Source of the DNA: an uncultured virus (IMG/VR IMGVR_UViG_3300017963_000263)
Lineage: Duplodnaviria; Heunggongvirae; Uroviricota; Caudoviricetes
Direction: 5' to 3' (one strand)
Virus record (IMG/VR): IMGVR_UViG_3300017963_000263
Length of the DNA stretch: 64,000 bases
Part shown: in pieces, positions 1 to 7,904 of the stretch
Numbering within the stretch: position 1 is the stretch's first letter
Layout: every line of letters starts with the position of its first letter
Position numbers and translations under genes: made by a program
Notes under the pieces: generated by a model
Databases searched by the model: none
The model's input: only the letters and a program-made list of their open reading frames with translations
What the model was told of the DNA's origin: nothing

Positions 1-359
1 CGGGCCATATCACATCTCCTCAGTTGGGGTTGGACAAATTCCCAGAATGGGATAGATTCTCGGCAGAGAATATCTGCCGGACACGGCGACGAATACACGC
101 CCGGGACGCATGGTGGGCATCTCAGCTGGCCTTCCGTGCGGGGTGGGAATCGACCCGCCCGGCTCCCCACGAGCCGCCCGGGTCTTTGTTAATGCGCCTT
201 CACCCTTGCACATTCTCGCGGCCATGTCAAGCCCATTTCTAACAATTTCCCAACGCGGATAGTGTGCGCCCATTCACTGGCAAATGCAAGGGGACACGGG
301 GCACAAAATGTGGGGGTTTCCGGCGGCTGGAGACTACGGCGACACGTTTGGTCCGTGAC

Positions 360-387
360 TTGACTACGGGACCCCAAACGGGATAAT
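360..387 (+). promoter_or_regulatory. sigma70-like promoter TTGACT-16-GATAAT
   Basis: Hexamers at 360-365 and 382-387; followed by a structured non-coding stretch and a terminator. Confidence 0.5.
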
Positions 388-390
388 GAA

Positions 391-527
391 CGTGGAATTG
401 AACCCCGCGGCCCACCGCCAAGGGCCGCGCCACCCGGCGGAACCACGCTTCGCACGAACGCTTAGGCAAAACCCTGCGAAGGGCCGTTGAGCGGACGCCC
501 CCATTAGTTTGGGGGCGTCTTTCTTTC
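391..527 (+). ncRNA. Candidate small RNA 1 with possible H-type pseudoknot and intrinsic terminator
   Basis: Stem CGCGGCCC/GGGCCGCG (406-429); loop CCGCC complementary to GGCGG (436-440); CCCT-GCGA-AGGG tetraloop; terminator GACGCCCCCA/TGGGGGCGTC plus TTTCTTT (494-526). Confidence 0.45.
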
Positions 528-555
528 TTGAATTCAGTGCCGGACGTGATAGAAT
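528..555 (+). promoter_or_regulatory. sigma70-like promoter TTGAAT-16-TAGAAT with extended -10 TG
   Basis: CTTGAATTC...CGTGATAGAATG, near-identical to the promoter at 820-847. Confidence 0.6.
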
Positions 556-560
556 GAGGG

Positions 561-677
561 CTGCAAGAGGGCCTTTGCGGGCCCCAAGATAGAACGAGGC
601 CCAGTGCTGGAGATAGGCACCAGCGAAGTCCCGAGACACAACGGGCGGCCCCTCGGAAAACTCCGGGGGGCTTTTTT
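561..677 (+). ncRNA. Candidate small RNA 2
   Basis: Several short hairpins between the promoter at 528-555 and terminator GCCCCTCGGA-AAAC-TCCGGGGGGC-TTTTTT (648-677); no convincing ORF. Confidence 0.45.
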
Positions 678-819
678 GTAGATCACGGCCAGTGGCCGCT
701 GAGCCGGCCTAGCGAATCAGCGGTTTTCTTATGCTCACCATGCTTTTCTCCTGCGTTTCTGGGGGTTTGCGGGCAATTTTTGGGGCGTTCGACCCTAACA
801 TGATCACCACGCCCCCACC

Positions 820-847
820 TTGAATTCGGCGATGGCCGTGATAGAAT
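820..847 (+). promoter_or_regulatory. sigma70-like promoter TTGAAT-16-TAGAAT with extended -10 TG
   Basis: Second copy of the CTTGAATTC...CGTGATAGAATG architecture. Confidence 0.6.
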
Positions 848-852
848 GGGGC

Positions 853-918
853 GGTGTTACCACCCCGGAGATAGTATCTCCGGGCCGACGCCCTGCGCGA
901 ATGCGGGGCGTTTCTTTT
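853..918 (+). ncRNA. Candidate small RNA 3
   Basis: Palindrome CCCGGAGATA-G-TATCTCCGGG (864-884), then terminator ACGCCCTGC/GCGGGGCGT plus TTCTTTT (888-918). Confidence 0.4.
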
Positions 919-1020
919 GGCGGCAACTATTAGGGATTCCCCAATAGTTCGCGGCCTGAACCGAAAGGAGGAGGGAGGTGGACGAGCCCGAACTCAACCG
1001 CTAGGGGCGTTCAGGCGCGC

Positions 1021-1057
1021 AAAAAAACCCCGCCGCGCCGGGGAGGGCGGGCGGGGG
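1021..1057 (-). terminator. Intrinsic terminator closing the leftward small-gene array
   Basis: Minus strand CCCCGCC...GGCGGGG followed by T7. Confidence 0.65.
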
Positions 1058-1209
1058 TGGGGAGAAGGTCAGTTCTGTCCCTGGTATTCTTTGCCGCACA
1101 CGATCTCGTCGCCAGCCGTGGCAACCTCGTCGCCAAGCTCGGAGTCGATCAGGCACAACGCTCCACCTCTCCATCGCTGGACGAGCGCCGTGACTTCATG
1201 TTCCACGAA

Positions 1210-1482
1210 CTAGATATCGACACCAGCAGCGGCCACTTTTTCCTTGGCGGCACGAACGGAAATCTGCCCGTAGCGCCAGCACCGATACAACCACCGAATC
1301 CGTGCCGTGCTCCCGTTGATCGACAGTGATGGGCGAGGACTCATATGTAGTCCCCGTCGAAAATCAGGATACAATTGCCAGAGCGAATGCATCACGCCGT
1401 GCCATTCGTCGTGTTCGCGGTGGGCACGGGTGACCACACGATGGATGCGGTGCCAGTGTCGCCAGCGTTCGCGGGGTGTCAT
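1210..1482 (-). CDS. Hypothetical protein (array cassette)
   Basis: ATG sits exactly at the end of a boundary repeat with GAGGAG RBS. Confidence 0.7.
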   Translation of the reverse strand: MTPRERWRHWHRIHRVVTRAHREHDEWHGVMHSLWQLYPDFRRGLHMSPRPSLSINGSTARIRWLYRCWRYGQISVRAAKEKVAAAGVDI

Positions 1483-1522
1483 CGTCTCATCTCCTCGTGT
1501 TAGGGTAGTGCCCCGGGGGGCG

Positions 1523-1765
1523 TTAGTCCTCGGCCACCGGGTTTTTTGTCAGTGTGCCGCTCCCGGCAAATATCTCCGCACTGTATCCGTTGTCTGCTGC
1601 CCATTGCAGCACGCGCTGTCGCATTTCCTCGTAGGCATCGTCGGCGGCAGACGAGCCAATCTGTTGCACCCGCCCATCGGGATGGATGAGTTTGGCCCGC
1701 AGGAACCCGTGCCCGTACATTAGTGATACGCTGATCTGGTCGTCTCGCATTTCAGTCGTCTTCAT
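1523..1765 (-). CDS. Hypothetical protein (array cassette, MKTTEMRDD...)
   Basis: Start and TAA stop both supplied by flanking repeats. Confidence 0.75.
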   Translation of the reverse strand: MKTTEMRDDQISVSLMYGHGFLRAKLIHPDGRVQQIGSSAADDAYEEMRQRVLQWAADNGYSAEIFAGSGTLTKNPVAED

Positions 1766-1836
1766 CGTCTCGTCTCCTCGTTTGGGTTGAGCCCCGGGGG
1801 GCGTTAGTCGGTGGGGACACGCAGCCCGGGTAGGTG

Positions 1837-2022
1837 TCAGCAACCAATGATGATCTCCCTGGCAGCGTAGGGATCGTCGTTCTCCACGATCGCTACGCCC
1901 GTGGCCTGCCCGCCAACGACGGCATGGGCTGCTGCAATCGCTTCGTCGCGGGTTGCGATTGTGGTTTCCACTACGCCCCAGTGATCCGTGTTCGCTACGC
2001 GCTTCTCGATTCGATAGCTCAT
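1837..2022 (-). CDS. Hypothetical protein (array cassette)
   Basis: Repeat-supplied RBS and ATG. Confidence 0.7.
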   Translation of the reverse strand: MSYRIEKRVANTDHWGVVETTIATRDEAIAAAHAVVGGQATGVAIVENDDPYAAREIIIGC

Positions 2023-2061
2023 CGTTCTCCCTCCTCGTTAGGGTTGGTGCCCCGGGGGGCG

Positions 2062-2247
2062 TTAGTCGTCGAACAGGTCGTCCTCGTCGGCCGTCGCCTC
2101 GGAGCCTTCGAGCAAGTCTTCTATTTCGTCGAGGTCCTTGTGCGTCTTGGCCTTCTTCAGGTCATCCCACAGCGTCAGTTCGCTTTCCGGCTCCAGGCGA
2201 ATGTATTCCCGCTCCATAATGCGTTGTCGGCGGGTCTCAATGTCCAT
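2062..2247 (-). CDS. Acidic hypothetical protein (array cassette)
   Basis: Repeat-bounded; acidic C-terminus EDDLFDD. Confidence 0.75.
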   Translation of the reverse strand: MDIETRRQRIMEREYIRLEPESELTLWDDLKKAKTHKDLDEIEDLLEGSEATADEDDLFDD

Positions 2248-2286
2248 CGTCTCACTCCTCGTGTTAGGGTAGTGCCCCGGGGGGCG

Positions 2287-2472
2287 TTAGTCGTCGCTCG
2301 CTGAGCCGGAAGTCCAGTTCAGGTAGGGGTTGAACGCACCGCAGCCGATGACCCGTCCGGTGATATCGGTCGCCAAGCTACCGGGGCAATCGCCCGCGTC
2401 CTCGTCCTGGTACGCCTCGCTGTCCTCGGGGGGCAGTCGTCCGCCGCAGCATCCGCATGTTTGCTTAGCCAT
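2287..2472 (-). CDS. Cys-containing hypothetical protein (array cassette)
   Basis: Repeat-bounded; CGCC...C...C. Confidence 0.7.
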   Translation of the reverse strand: MAKQTCGCCGGRLPPEDSEAYQDEDAGDCPGSLATDITGRVIGCGAFNPYLNWTSGSASDD

Positions 2473-2511
2473 CGTCTCGTCTCCCGTGTTGGTGTTGGAA
2501 TAGTCTCGCGG

Positions 2512-2772
2512 TCAACCCATGTCGACCACTGAGCCGTCGGGCTCGTAGCCCAGCGTCGGCTTCGTCTCCACAAGCAGCAAGTCCTCCACGTCGTCGTCTG
2601 TGAGTACCGCGTACCCCTCGCTTTCGTCCACGTACAGCCACCACTGGCCGCCGAGGTGCCGCACTTGGGCGTCGTACACGTTGACGCCTTGCTCGTCCAC
2701 GACGTAACGAACGGGGGTGGTTGCACTGTCCCACACGTCTGAGAGTTCGCCGATTCGTGCTGCGTCTGTCAT
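2512..2772 (-). CDS. Acidic hypothetical protein (array cassette)
   Basis: Repeat-supplied start. Confidence 0.7.
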   Translation of the reverse strand: MTDAARIGELSDVWDSATTPVRYVVDEQGVNVYDAQVRHLGGQWWLYVDESEGYAVLTDDDVEDLLLVETKPTLGYEPDGSVVDMG

Positions 2773-2843
2773 CGTCTCGTCCTCCGAAAAAGGGTTGGGT
2801 TGTCCAAGCGCCTTTCGGCATCAGAGGGGTGCCCCGGGGGGCG

Positions 2844-3041
2844 TTAGGCGTCTTCGCTTGCGGCCTGCTCAAGGGCCTTGGCTTGGCAGTCGTCACACTC
2901 TAGCCCGTATCCGTCGCCGCCAATTGGCACCTTGGCCCAGTAGAAAGTTGGGTCGCCGTGTTTCAGGTCGTCGGGAGTCGGTTGCCGCCTGCATGTCACA
3001 CACAGAACCGGGCTCCCTCCGAGGTAATGCCGTTGCGTCAT
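2844..3041 (-). CDS. Small zinc-finger-like protein (array cassette, MTQRHYLGG...)
   Basis: Repeat-bounded; CVTC...CDDC. Confidence 0.7.
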   Translation of the reverse strand: MTQRHYLGGSPVLCVTCRRQPTPDDLKHGDPTFYWAKVPIGGDGYGLECDDCQAKALEQAASEDA

Positions 3042-3079
3042 CGTCTCATCCTCGTGTTGGTGTTGTGCCTCGGGGGGCG

Positions 3080-3286
3080 TTAGTCTTGCAGGTTCGCAGG
3101 CAGATCCGCGTAGTCGATACGCGAGCCCGCCTGCCCCTGGACGTCGTAGTCGGCGTTGGGCGTGGCCCAGTAGTCCTCGCTGGTGCCCACTTCGGCATCC
3201 TCCCAATCCAGGGCCCCGCGAGCATCCTCCGGCACGCGGGTGAACATACCATTCGTCGTGAAATATGCGGTTCGTTCAGGGTCCAT
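3080..3286 (-). CDS. Acidic hypothetical protein (array cassette, MDPERTAYF...)
   Basis: Repeat-bounded. Confidence 0.7.
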   Translation of the reverse strand: MDPERTAYFTTNGMFTRVPEDARGALDWEDAEVGTSEDYWATPNADYDVQGQAGSRIDYADLPANLQD

Positions 3287-3326
3287 CGTTCTCCCTCCTC
3301 GTGTTGGTGGTTGGTGAAAGCAGAGG

Positions 3327-3566
3327 TTACATCCACGCCTCAAGCACCACGAGGCGCTTGCCGTCATCGGTTCGTTGCGGCCCGCGAATCCCGCAATCCT
3401 GGGTAACGCACGTACAGCCACTCAACCCGCACAGCTTGCGGCGAGCCCGTTTGGACTGCGACTCACTCAGCCGGATCGTGCATTCCCCGGCGATGTGCGC
3501 CAGGCCATCGCACCGTACTACGGCCTCGGTGCCGTGGAAATTGTTTCGGAGGGTGTAGTTTCTCAT
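3327..3566 (-). CDS. Hypothetical protein, copy A of a duplicated cassette
   Basis: 79 aa; differs at 6 residues from 4026-4265. Confidence 0.8.
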   Translation of the reverse strand: MRNYTLRNNFHGTEAVVRCDGLAHIAGECTIRLSESQSKRARRKLCGLSGCTCVTQDCGIRGPQRTDDGKRLVVLEAWM

Positions 3567-3606
3567 CGTCTCGTCTCCCGTGTTGGTGGGTGGTGCCCCG
3601 GGGGCG

Positions 3607-3990
3607 TTAGGGCCGTCGCAAAATCGTGAAGCACATTTCGCACGGCGTCATGCGGTCGCCGTCGTTGGTTTCTCCCGCGCCGGTGCATACCGCGACGACG
3701 CGAAATGACGGCAGTACCACGACGTGTAGCTGCTCGTCGACGTATGGAGGCGCGACTATTTCATCGCCCGGGTTGCCCAGATCGTACGATGCGACCATGT
3801 ATTCGCGGGCTATCCATTCGTCTACCGTGTCTCGCGGCGCGTCCAGGTGGTGCGCATTCTCGGCCGTGATCCGATCCGGGCGGCCGTTGCGCATTGCGGG
3901 ATGAATCCGTGCCAGCCGTTCATCGGTCACGCTAGCCGACAATGTGAGCCCCTTTGTTGCGGCTCTCTTTTCCAGTTCGCTGCGGTTCAT
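3607..3990 (-). CDS. Hypothetical protein (array cassette, MNRSELEK...)
   Basis: Repeat-bounded. Confidence 0.7.
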   Translation of the reverse strand: MNRSELEKRAATKGLTLSASVTDERLARIHPAMRNGRPDRITAENAHHLDAPRDTVDEWIAREYMVASYDLGNPGDEIVAPPYVDEQLHVVVLPSFRVVAVCTGAGETNDGDRMTPCEMCFTILRRP

Positions 3991-4025
3991 GTCTCGTCTC
4001 CCGTGTTGGTGGTTGGTGAAGCAGA

Positions 4026-4265
4026 TTACATCCACGCCTCAAGCACCACGAGGCGCTTGCCGTCGTCGGTTCGTTGTGGCCCGCGAATCCCGCAATCCTG
4101 GCAATCGCACGTACAGCCACTCAACCCGCACAGCTTGCGGCGAACCCGTTTCGATTGCGACTCACTCAGCCGGATCGTGCACTCCCCGTAGATGTGCGAC
4201 ATGCCATCGCACCGTACTACGGCCTCGGTGCCGTGGAAATTGTTTCGGAGGGTGTAGTTTCTCAT
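4026..4265 (-). CDS. Hypothetical protein, copy B of a duplicated cassette
   Basis: Near-identical to 3327-3566. Confidence 0.8.
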   Translation of the reverse strand: MRNYTLRNNFHGTEAVVRCDGMSHIYGECTIRLSESQSKRVRRKLCGLSGCTCDCQDCGIRGPQRTDDGKRLVVLEAWM

Positions 4266-4296
4266 CGTCTCGTCTCCCGTGTGTGGTGTGGAATAG

Positions 4297-4542
4297 TCAG
4301 AACGTGGTCGTACCATCTTCGTTCAGCCATGTCCGGGCGCGACCAACGGGATAGACTTTGTCGGGTTGCACATGGGCCAGTACGTCCCACTCGTCGGTCA
4401 GCAGATCGGGGTCATCGTGAGTCAGCACCTCGACGGTGCCCTCTTCGTTCCGTGCCACGTATCGCCCACCATATCGTCCAGGTGATTGTCGCGCGGTCTT
4501 CATGGCTGCCCTGCACGCCTGCGTTACTGCATGGAAATCCAT
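4297..4542 (-). CDS. Hypothetical protein (array cassette, MDFHAVTQ...)
   Basis: Repeat-bounded. Confidence 0.7.
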   Translation of the reverse strand: MDFHAVTQACRAAMKTARQSPGRYGGRYVARNEEGTVEVLTHDDPDLLTDEWDVLAHVQPDKVYPVGRARTWLNEDGTTTF

Positions 4543-4582
4543 CGTCTCGTCTCCTCGTGTTGGTGTTGTGGCCCGAGGGCCG

Positions 4583-5149
4583 TTAGGCGGTCCCAAATCC
4601 CGCCTGTTGTAGTTCGTTCGCTTCCGCTGCCTGGGCAGCAGTCCACTCCTCGCCGCTCGGGATGCTCCCCTGGTTGACGACCCGCAGCACGCGGGCCAGA
4701 TAGCGCACCTCGCCACGCTGGACCGTGTGCCACAGTTCGCCGTTGTCGAGCACCACGCGAAACCGCCCATTGGCTCCATGTTTGCGGATGAGCTTGTTGA
4801 GTAGTTTCCGCTTGGCGATGTGTTCCCGTAGGTCTGCTGCCAAGTCCTCCGCAGCAACCCTGTCTTCGCACTCGTAGCAAGATGCGTCTGAATCATGGCC
4901 CGGGTCGGAGCACTCGTGCCAGCCAGGCAGCACGTCGGCCGGGTTGTAGTAGTCCGTGGCGTTGGCGTACTTGCTGGTATGGTGCCACTCGCACGGTTCC
5001 ATCACGGCCTTGATGTCGGCCGTGGTGATGCCGGGAAAATCGACTTTCAGATACTTTGCCAGCCGCGATACGGGGAGCTTGCCCTCGTCCTCGGCTCGTT
5101 CGGCTCGCTTGGAGCGAGACCAGCCGGAATAGCCGCTGTTCATGCTCAT
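4583..5149 (-). CDS. Phage hypothetical protein (GYSGWSRS...EWHHTSKY motif)
   Basis: Repeat-bounded; motif recalled from small phage proteins of unknown function. Confidence 0.75.
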   Translation of the reverse strand: MSMNSGYSGWSRSKRAERAEDEGKLPVSRLAKYLKVDFPGITTADIKAVMEPCEWHHTSKYANATDYYNPADVLPGWHECSDPGHDSDASCYECEDRVAAEDLAADLREHIAKRKLLNKLIRKHGANGRFRVVLDNGELWHTVQRGEVRYLARVLRVVNQGSIPSGEEWTAAQAAEANELQQAGFGTA

Positions 5150-5189
5150 CGTCTCCCTCCTCGTGTTGGTGTTGGTGCCCCGGGGGGCG

Positions 5190-5420
5190 TTAGTCGGTGA
5201 ACCTGTCTGGCGAGTGCGTCTCGCAGGGCGAGCACATTCGCCGCCCCTCGTGGGTCGCGCCAAGCACACCCGTGGCGTGCCGCCAGCGGAGGACGCACCC
5301 GCAGGAGGCGCGTTTTTGGCGGGTGTACCAGCCCCCGCCGTCGTAGTCCGCGCCCCCGATGCGCTCGACGGACACGCCCTCGAATTGTGCCGGCTCTTCA
5401 CGGCGCACTTCAAATTCCAT
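5190..5420 (-). CDS. Hypothetical protein (array cassette)
   Basis: Repeat-bounded; CGC...CSPC. Confidence 0.7.
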   Translation of the reverse strand: MEFEVRREEPAQFEGVSVERIGGADYDGGGWYTRQKRASCGCVLRWRHATGVLGATHEGRRMCSPCETHSPDRFTD

Positions 5421-5479
5421 GTCTCATCCTCCTCGTGTTGGTGTGGTGCCCCGGGGGGCGTTAGGGGGGTGGGCAGTCC

Positions 5480-5794
5480 CTACATTTCCAGGCAGTCCAG
5501 GACGTACTCAACACGATATTCGTCCATGTCCGCCGGCCAGTCGAGCGGAGCGTCCATGCACTCGGCCTGGCGGGCTGCGGCTAGTGGCGTTATGCAGGCC
5601 CGTGCGGCCGGATCGAATCCCCACTCGTCTGGTGTGCCCCACCAGTTGGCGTAGTAGTTGTCGTCGCGCGAAACTCGCATCGGCCGCGCTCGGCCGTGGC
5701 TGTCTCGGTTTGGCCATGCGTCTAGCATCAGCGTGTGTAGACGCCGGGTGTGATCTGCTCGTCGTTGCTCGGCTGTAGTGAGTAGTTCGCTCAT
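5480..5794 (-). CDS. Hypothetical protein (array cassette)
   Basis: Repeat-supplied start. Confidence 0.7.
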   Translation of the reverse strand: MSELLTTAEQRRADHTRRLHTLMLDAWPNRDSHGRARPMRVSRDDNYYANWWGTPDEWGFDPAARACITPLAAARQAECMDAPLDWPADMDEYRVEYVLDCLEM

Positions 5795-5854
5795 CGTCTC
5801 ACTCCTCGTGTGTGGTGTCAGGAATAGTCAGTCTGCCCCGCCTCCGCTCCAGTG

Positions 5855-6100
5855 TCAAGCGAACAGAGCCCGCACCTCATCACGCACCCGCTGGTCGATC
5901 GTGCGGGGCTCGTGCAAGGGCGTCATGCCATCGAATGCCGCGGGGGGCCAGTGATATACGTGCCCCTCATCCCAGCGGCCGTAGTTGTTCTCCCTGGCCA
6001 CAACTGCCAGAGGTTCGGGGCCGTGGCGGGTTATCGCCACGACTCGATAGGTGTTGCCGGCTCGGCTGCGGTAGCGGTCGCCGGGGTAGATAGTGGGCAT
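5855..6100 (-). CDS. Small SH3-like/DUF1653-like protein
   Basis: PGDRYRSRAGNTYRVVAI pattern. Confidence 0.55.
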   Translation of the reverse strand: MPTIYPGDRYRSRAGNTYRVVAITRHGPEPLAVVARENNYGRWDEGHVYHWPPAAFDGMTPLHEPRTIDQRVRDEVRALFA

Positions 6101-6142
6101 GGTTTTGTCTCCCGTAGGTTAGAGTGGTTGGTGGTTCCGAGG

Positions 6143-6412
6143 TTAGGCCAAAGATCGGCGGATTTCGGTCAACAGCCAACGGGGCTCGTGGTCAATTCGC
6201 ACGCCGCCGCGGTAGCAGAAACAGTCGCACAAGTGCCGCCCTGCGCGGCTGTCGAGAAAGTCAACCGCCTGGCTCTCACTTAGGCCGTACTTGCCGCAGA
6301 GTACGTCGTGGGCGTAGTTGTGGTATATCTCGGTGGCCTCAGCCTCGGTGCAACCTGCCTGCACCAGCGTGCCGAAAAAGCCCCACGCCTCGTTGTTGGT
6401 CTTGATAGTCAT
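6143..6412 (-). CDS. Mobile-element hypothetical protein (NEAWGFFGT...FLDSRAGRH)
   Basis: RBS GGGAGA; motif recalled from phage/plasmid hypotheticals. Confidence 0.7.
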   Translation of the reverse strand: MTIKTNNEAWGFFGTLVQAGCTEAEATEIYHNYAHDVLCGKYGLSESQAVDFLDSRAGRHLCDCFCYRGGVRIDHEPRWLLTEIRRSLA

Positions 6413-6494
6413 GGTTGTGTCTCCCGTGTCAGGGTTAAGGGTATCGTCTCAAGCGCCCCGTGCCGGAATTGCACCGGCACGCTACGCGGGGCGG

Positions 6495-6785
6495 TTAGTT
6501 GTCCTGTATCTCCACGCCGTTCTCGTAGGCTCGCCACTCGTCGTTTCCCAGCCTCGGAATGCCCTTGAGTTCTGTTCCCGCAGGCCAGCACCCGCCCCCG
6601 TAGGGGCTGGCAACGTCTTCCGTCAGGCGAACCCGCACGCTCTTGCCGTAGACTTTCGTGATAACGCCAGGGCCGTCGACCCGGAACCCGAGGCCATAGC
6701 CCCAGTACACCCGAACGGCCACGCCCTCGGCCAGTTGTGCGTTTTGTGCTGCCCAGCGTCGATAGGTTTCGGTGAAAGTTGCCAT
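6495..6785 (-). CDS. Hypothetical protein
   Basis: AAGGAGAG RBS; first gene of the array after the HNH gene. Confidence 0.7.
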   Translation of the reverse strand: MATFTETYRRWAAQNAQLAEGVAVRVYWGYGLGFRVDGPGVITKVYGKSVRVRLTEDVASPYGGGCWPAGTELKGIPRLGNDEWRAYENGVEIQDN

Positions 6786-6816
6786 GTCGTCTCTCCTTAT
6801 TACTTAGTGGTGGTGT

Positions 6817-7194
6817 TCAGTTGCCGCGGGGATCTTCAGTCTCACCGTTAATGATCGCCTTGGCCAGCTTGCGGTAGCGGCCGATTGCCCGGCGGGTGTT
6901 GCGTCGAATGTGGGCCCGCGTCTCGGGGCCCGCGAACCGATTCAGCGGCGTGTCTTTCCGTGAGCAGTTGCAGTGCCGGCAGCTCGTGACCAAGTTGTCG
7001 GGGGTGTTCTCGCCGCCGTCGCTGTCGGGGGTGACGTGGTCGAGGGTGATGTCGGTGGGGTGGGCTCCGTGCAGATCACGGAGGCAGTACAGGCAGGTGA
7101 AGCCGTCTCGGAGGTAGATGGCCAGGCGGAGGTCTTTGCGGCAGACGACGCCTTTGTAGGAACCGTTCGAGCGGCGGTTTCGTTTGGTTGTCAT
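6817..7194 (-). CDS. HNH endonuclease
   Basis: RDGFTCLYC...TLDHVTP..GGENTPDNLVTSCRHCNCSRK; alternative start at 7230. Confidence 0.9.
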   Translation of the reverse strand: MTTKRNRRSNGSYKGVVCRKDLRLAIYLRDGFTCLYCLRDLHGAHPTDITLDHVTPDSDGGENTPDNLVTSCRHCNCSRKDTPLNRFAGPETRAHIRRNTRRAIGRYRKLAKAIINGETEDPRGN

Positions 7195-7239
7195 GGCTTG
7201 GCTCGTTTTGTTTTGGGCTGTGTTTCTCATGTCACTTAC

Positions 7240-7268
7240 ATAATATACAGGCCCCGCCGTGGCGTCAA
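7240..7268 (-). promoter_or_regulatory. Promoter TTGACG-17-TATTAT driving the HNH gene and small-gene array
   Basis: Hexamers at 7263-7268 and 7240-7245. Confidence 0.65.
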
Positions 7269-7493
7269 GGTGGCCCCATGTATTTAGACGTGGATTCCCC
7301 AAAGTTTTTCCCCCCGAGGGGCCGCAAGTGCAGAAAACCCTTGCAAAATAAGAGGTTACGTCAAAACGGCCATTTTTCGGCCCCCAAAATAACTGGATAT
7401 TTTCCCGATATTGTCATGGGGCCGACTTACTGGACACTTTGGAAATAGGAAATTTTGGGGCAAATGCCCCTATTTTGCCACCCTTGGGGGGGG

Positions 7494-7667
7494 CTACGAC
7501 CGTCCGCCAAGCGCCCGAACGACCAGGGTGGCCGACAGGCTGCGACGATCTTCCGCCGCCAGCCGCTTGAGGGTGGCGTATTCGGCCTCGGTCATGCGGA
7601 CGTTCACCGTCTTGGGATAGATTGCCCCAGGCGGTCGGCCCGGACTCCGCTTTTTCTTCGCGCTCAT
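7494..7667 (-). CDS. Ribbon-helix-helix (CopG/Arc-like) DNA-binding protein, 57 aa, absent from the ORF track
   Basis: Translated by hand: MSAKKKRSPGRPPGAIYPKTVNVRMTEAEYATLKRLAAEDRRSLSATLVVRALGGRS; AAGGAG RBS; own promoter. Confidence 0.8.
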   Translation of the reverse strand: MSAKKKRSPGRPPGAIYPKTVNVRMTEAEYATLKRLAAEDRRSLSATLVVRALGGRS

Positions 7668-7690
7668 GGGTGTTCTCCTTTTCTGGTGGT

Positions 7691-7718
7691 ATTATAGCGT
7701 TATCGTGGCCCCAGTCAA
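7691..7718 (-). promoter_or_regulatory. Promoter TTGACT-16-TATAAT for the RHH gene
   Basis: Hexamers at 7713-7718 and 7691-7696. Confidence 0.7.
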
Positions 7719-7904
7719 TAGCCCCTGGCAACCTCGCCCCTCAGACGCCCCCAGCGGCCCGTATACGCCCGTTCAGTATCGAAGGGTAATCAGGCACGGG
7801 AGCGGGGAACGGCTAGGAGGCGGCTACGGGGCTTGCCTGGCGGGGCGTGGGGGGGTAGGATGGGAGTGGATTCACTGTGCCCCAAGAATAAGGGAGCCTC
7901 TACC

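Larger units (their letters stand above)
1480..6497 (-). repeat. Dispersed gene-boundary repeat (about 17 junctions) separating short ORFs
   Basis: Minus-strand consensus TAAC-GCCCCCCGGGGC-AC..ACACCAACACG(A/G)GGAGA(C/T)GAGACG-ATG. Full copies start at 1480, 1763, 2020, 2245, 2770, 3039, 3564, 4540, 5147, 5418; variants at 2470, 4263, 5792 and 3284, 3988, 6098; degenerate copy at 6410. Confidence 0.95.

Noticed and set aside
130..450. tRNA genes suggested by T-loop-like strings
   Set aside because: No full cloverleaf or anticodon arm could be built.
1069..1212. Readthrough of the TAG at 1210 into an in-frame 45-codon ORF (genetic code change)
   Set aside because: TAG is used as a true stop in many genes here, and the downstream GTG ORF may be separate or spurious.
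1480..5463. Boundary repeats as integron attC sites or a CRISPR array
   Set aside because: TAAC resembles the attC R'' box, but there is no matching GTT end or long imperfect palindrome, and no IntI-sized integrase. The spacers are whole genes of 180-570 bp, not CRISPR spacers.
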